From: Novakomyces olei
Lineage: Eukaryota
Length of the DNA stretch: 64,000 nt
Reading direction: 5' to 3'
NCBI GenBank assembly: GCA_016906335.1
Contig: JADEYG010000004.1
Coordinates: forward strand, 1,364,001-1,428,000
Shown here: positions 62,718 through 64,000 of the stretch, piece by piece
How positions within the stretch are numbered: position 1 is the stretch's first letter
How the letters are laid out: each line of letters opens with the position of its first letter
Made by a program: the position numbers and the translations under genes
The notes under the pieces: generated by a model
Seen by the model: only the letters and a program-made list of their open reading frames with translations
Database searches by the model: none
What the model was told of the DNA's origin: nothing

Positions 62718-63130
62718 ATTCTTGGGTCGCCGGTTCCGATTCCGATGGCGGGGCCTCACTCTCAACGGGCTCCTCCACCTCGTGCTCCTCCTCAAGCTTA
62801 TGCAGCATTTCGAACGCTCTCAAACGCGCATTCGCCGACACGAGCTCCTCTTGAGCCGATTTCAAGGCCGCGCGCAATTCCAACACATACTGCGTAATCG
62901 CCTCTAGGGGGTCCTCTCGACCGCGCTTAACCCCGCGGGCCCCCCCACAAGCGTTGCTGCATGTCACTAAGCTCGAACGGGTACTCGCCGTCACACGGCT
63001 TTCCCGCATTCGCACAACGCAAACACTTTGGCTTTTGGCGACCCGTTCGACGCACCCACACACAATCGTGGGGTTTGCCAAACGCAGTACACCTCGAGCA
63101 CGGACCAGCAACACTTCTCTTCTGCTCTTC
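62716..63130 (-). CDS. Antisense Zn2Cys6-like + coiled-coil + acidic tail protein (frameshift in G7 run; start unresolved)
   Basis: CSRC-x8-C-x12-CLRC-x6-C at 63100-62993, in a frame not shown in the ORF track. It joins the 62716-63114 ORF if one G is removed from 62940-62946. Confidence 0.65.
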
Positions 63131-63236
63131 CTATGGATGGATCAAATTTTTTCTCTCACCCTCCTTTTATTCAGTATTTGTCGCTACATTACTTATTTGC
63201 CCTCACAGGAGTTCGCGCCTCCGAGGGGGGGTATCG

Positions 63237-63722
63237 TGTAATGAACCACTTAGGGTTAGTTAGGGTTAGGGTTATAAATATAGTTTAGGGTTATGGTTAG
63301 GGTTTACCCCACCTAGGATCCCTACCTAGGATCCCTTCCTAGGATCCTTACCTAGGATCCCTACCTAGGATCCCTTCCTAGGATCCCTTCCTAGGATCCC
63401 TTCCTAGGATCCCCTCTTCATTACTTACCTTTTTCCCCTCTTTTATTTCGTCTATACACTTCCGCGCGTTTATTTACTTTGCGCTATTTATTTGTTTACT
63501 TCTTTCCGTTTCCGGCGCAGCCCCTTCGCAGCGTGCTGCGCCTTCCTCCTCCGTCCGTAGCTTATAAATAGCGCCGTGGTGAGCCCAGCTCCCCACGGGT
63601 TAATCTATTCTATTCAATTTCTCTATTTAATTTTCTAATATATTTTCTAATATATTTTCTTTTACTTTCAGACGCCTACGTTTCGCTTCGCCTTTCTTCC
63701 CTCCTTTCCCCCTTTCCTCACA
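63237..63722 (+). repeat. 3' LTR of C (8 x 13-bp units)
   Basis: TG...CA, 486 bp. Confidence 0.95.
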
Positions 63723-64000
63723 TCTTCGCATAAGTAAGCCATTTGACCATAGAGGTTCTCCAAGATTGGAATTCTCTGTGGGTCATAGAATGCCCATTCA
63801 GCTTTGCTGGTTCAGGCAGCTTGATTTTGAAATCCATTTCTATTGAATGAAACCAATCGAACAGTGTTTTTAATTATTAAACTAATAAAGAGTATTCAAA
63901 AATCCTGGTTGCTGTTTTCCGCTCTCCAAGTGTTTGTGATAATCTCTTTCAACTTTATCCGGATCTTCTCCTTTGTAAAGTCGAACCTTAAATTCGTCCT
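63723..64000 (-). mobile_element. 5' portion of element B (5' UTR and gag start, ATG at 63837)
   Basis: MDFKIKLPEPAKLNG...WLTYAK joins in frame, through the duplicated GAAGA, to TGGNVTGISDIDLISMFLE at 8329+. Confidence 0.8.

Larger units (their letters stand above)
50216..63722 (+). mobile_element. Ty3/gypsy chromovirus C (contains nested F)
   Basis: LTRs 50216-50727 and 63237-63722, PPT GAGGGGGGG, gag, intact pol. Flanks ATTCT and TCTTC do not match (see inversion finding). Confidence 0.95.

Overview
Eukaryotic, probably fungal, repeat-rich DNA. One host gene (17200-45522, +) encodes a giant secreted Ser/Thr- and N-sequon-rich repeat protein of about 9,440 aa, split in this assembly by three 1-bp deletions. 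It is flanked on both sides by nests of LTR retrotransposons: Ty3/gypsy chromovirus families labelled A, B, C, E and F, an LTR fragment D, and Ty1/copia elements G and H. Highlights: (1) two diverged chromovirus families (A intact, E decayed) carry an extra sense gene after pol encoding a C2H2 zinc finger plus a JmjC-like Fe(II)/2-oxoglutarate dioxygenase with intact HxD...H. Family-specific motifs are repeated both in the LTR and upstream of this gene, making it a candidate retrotransposon-encoded anti-silencing system. (2) Family C hides an antisense Zn2Cys6-like + coiled-coil + acidic-tail gene. (3) Swapped target-site duplications reveal a ~42-44 kb inversion between inverted C copies. (4) A, C and F have self-priming PBSs and G_GGA_AAA/pseudoknot frameshift signals. 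All calls come from reading the sequence; no searches were run.
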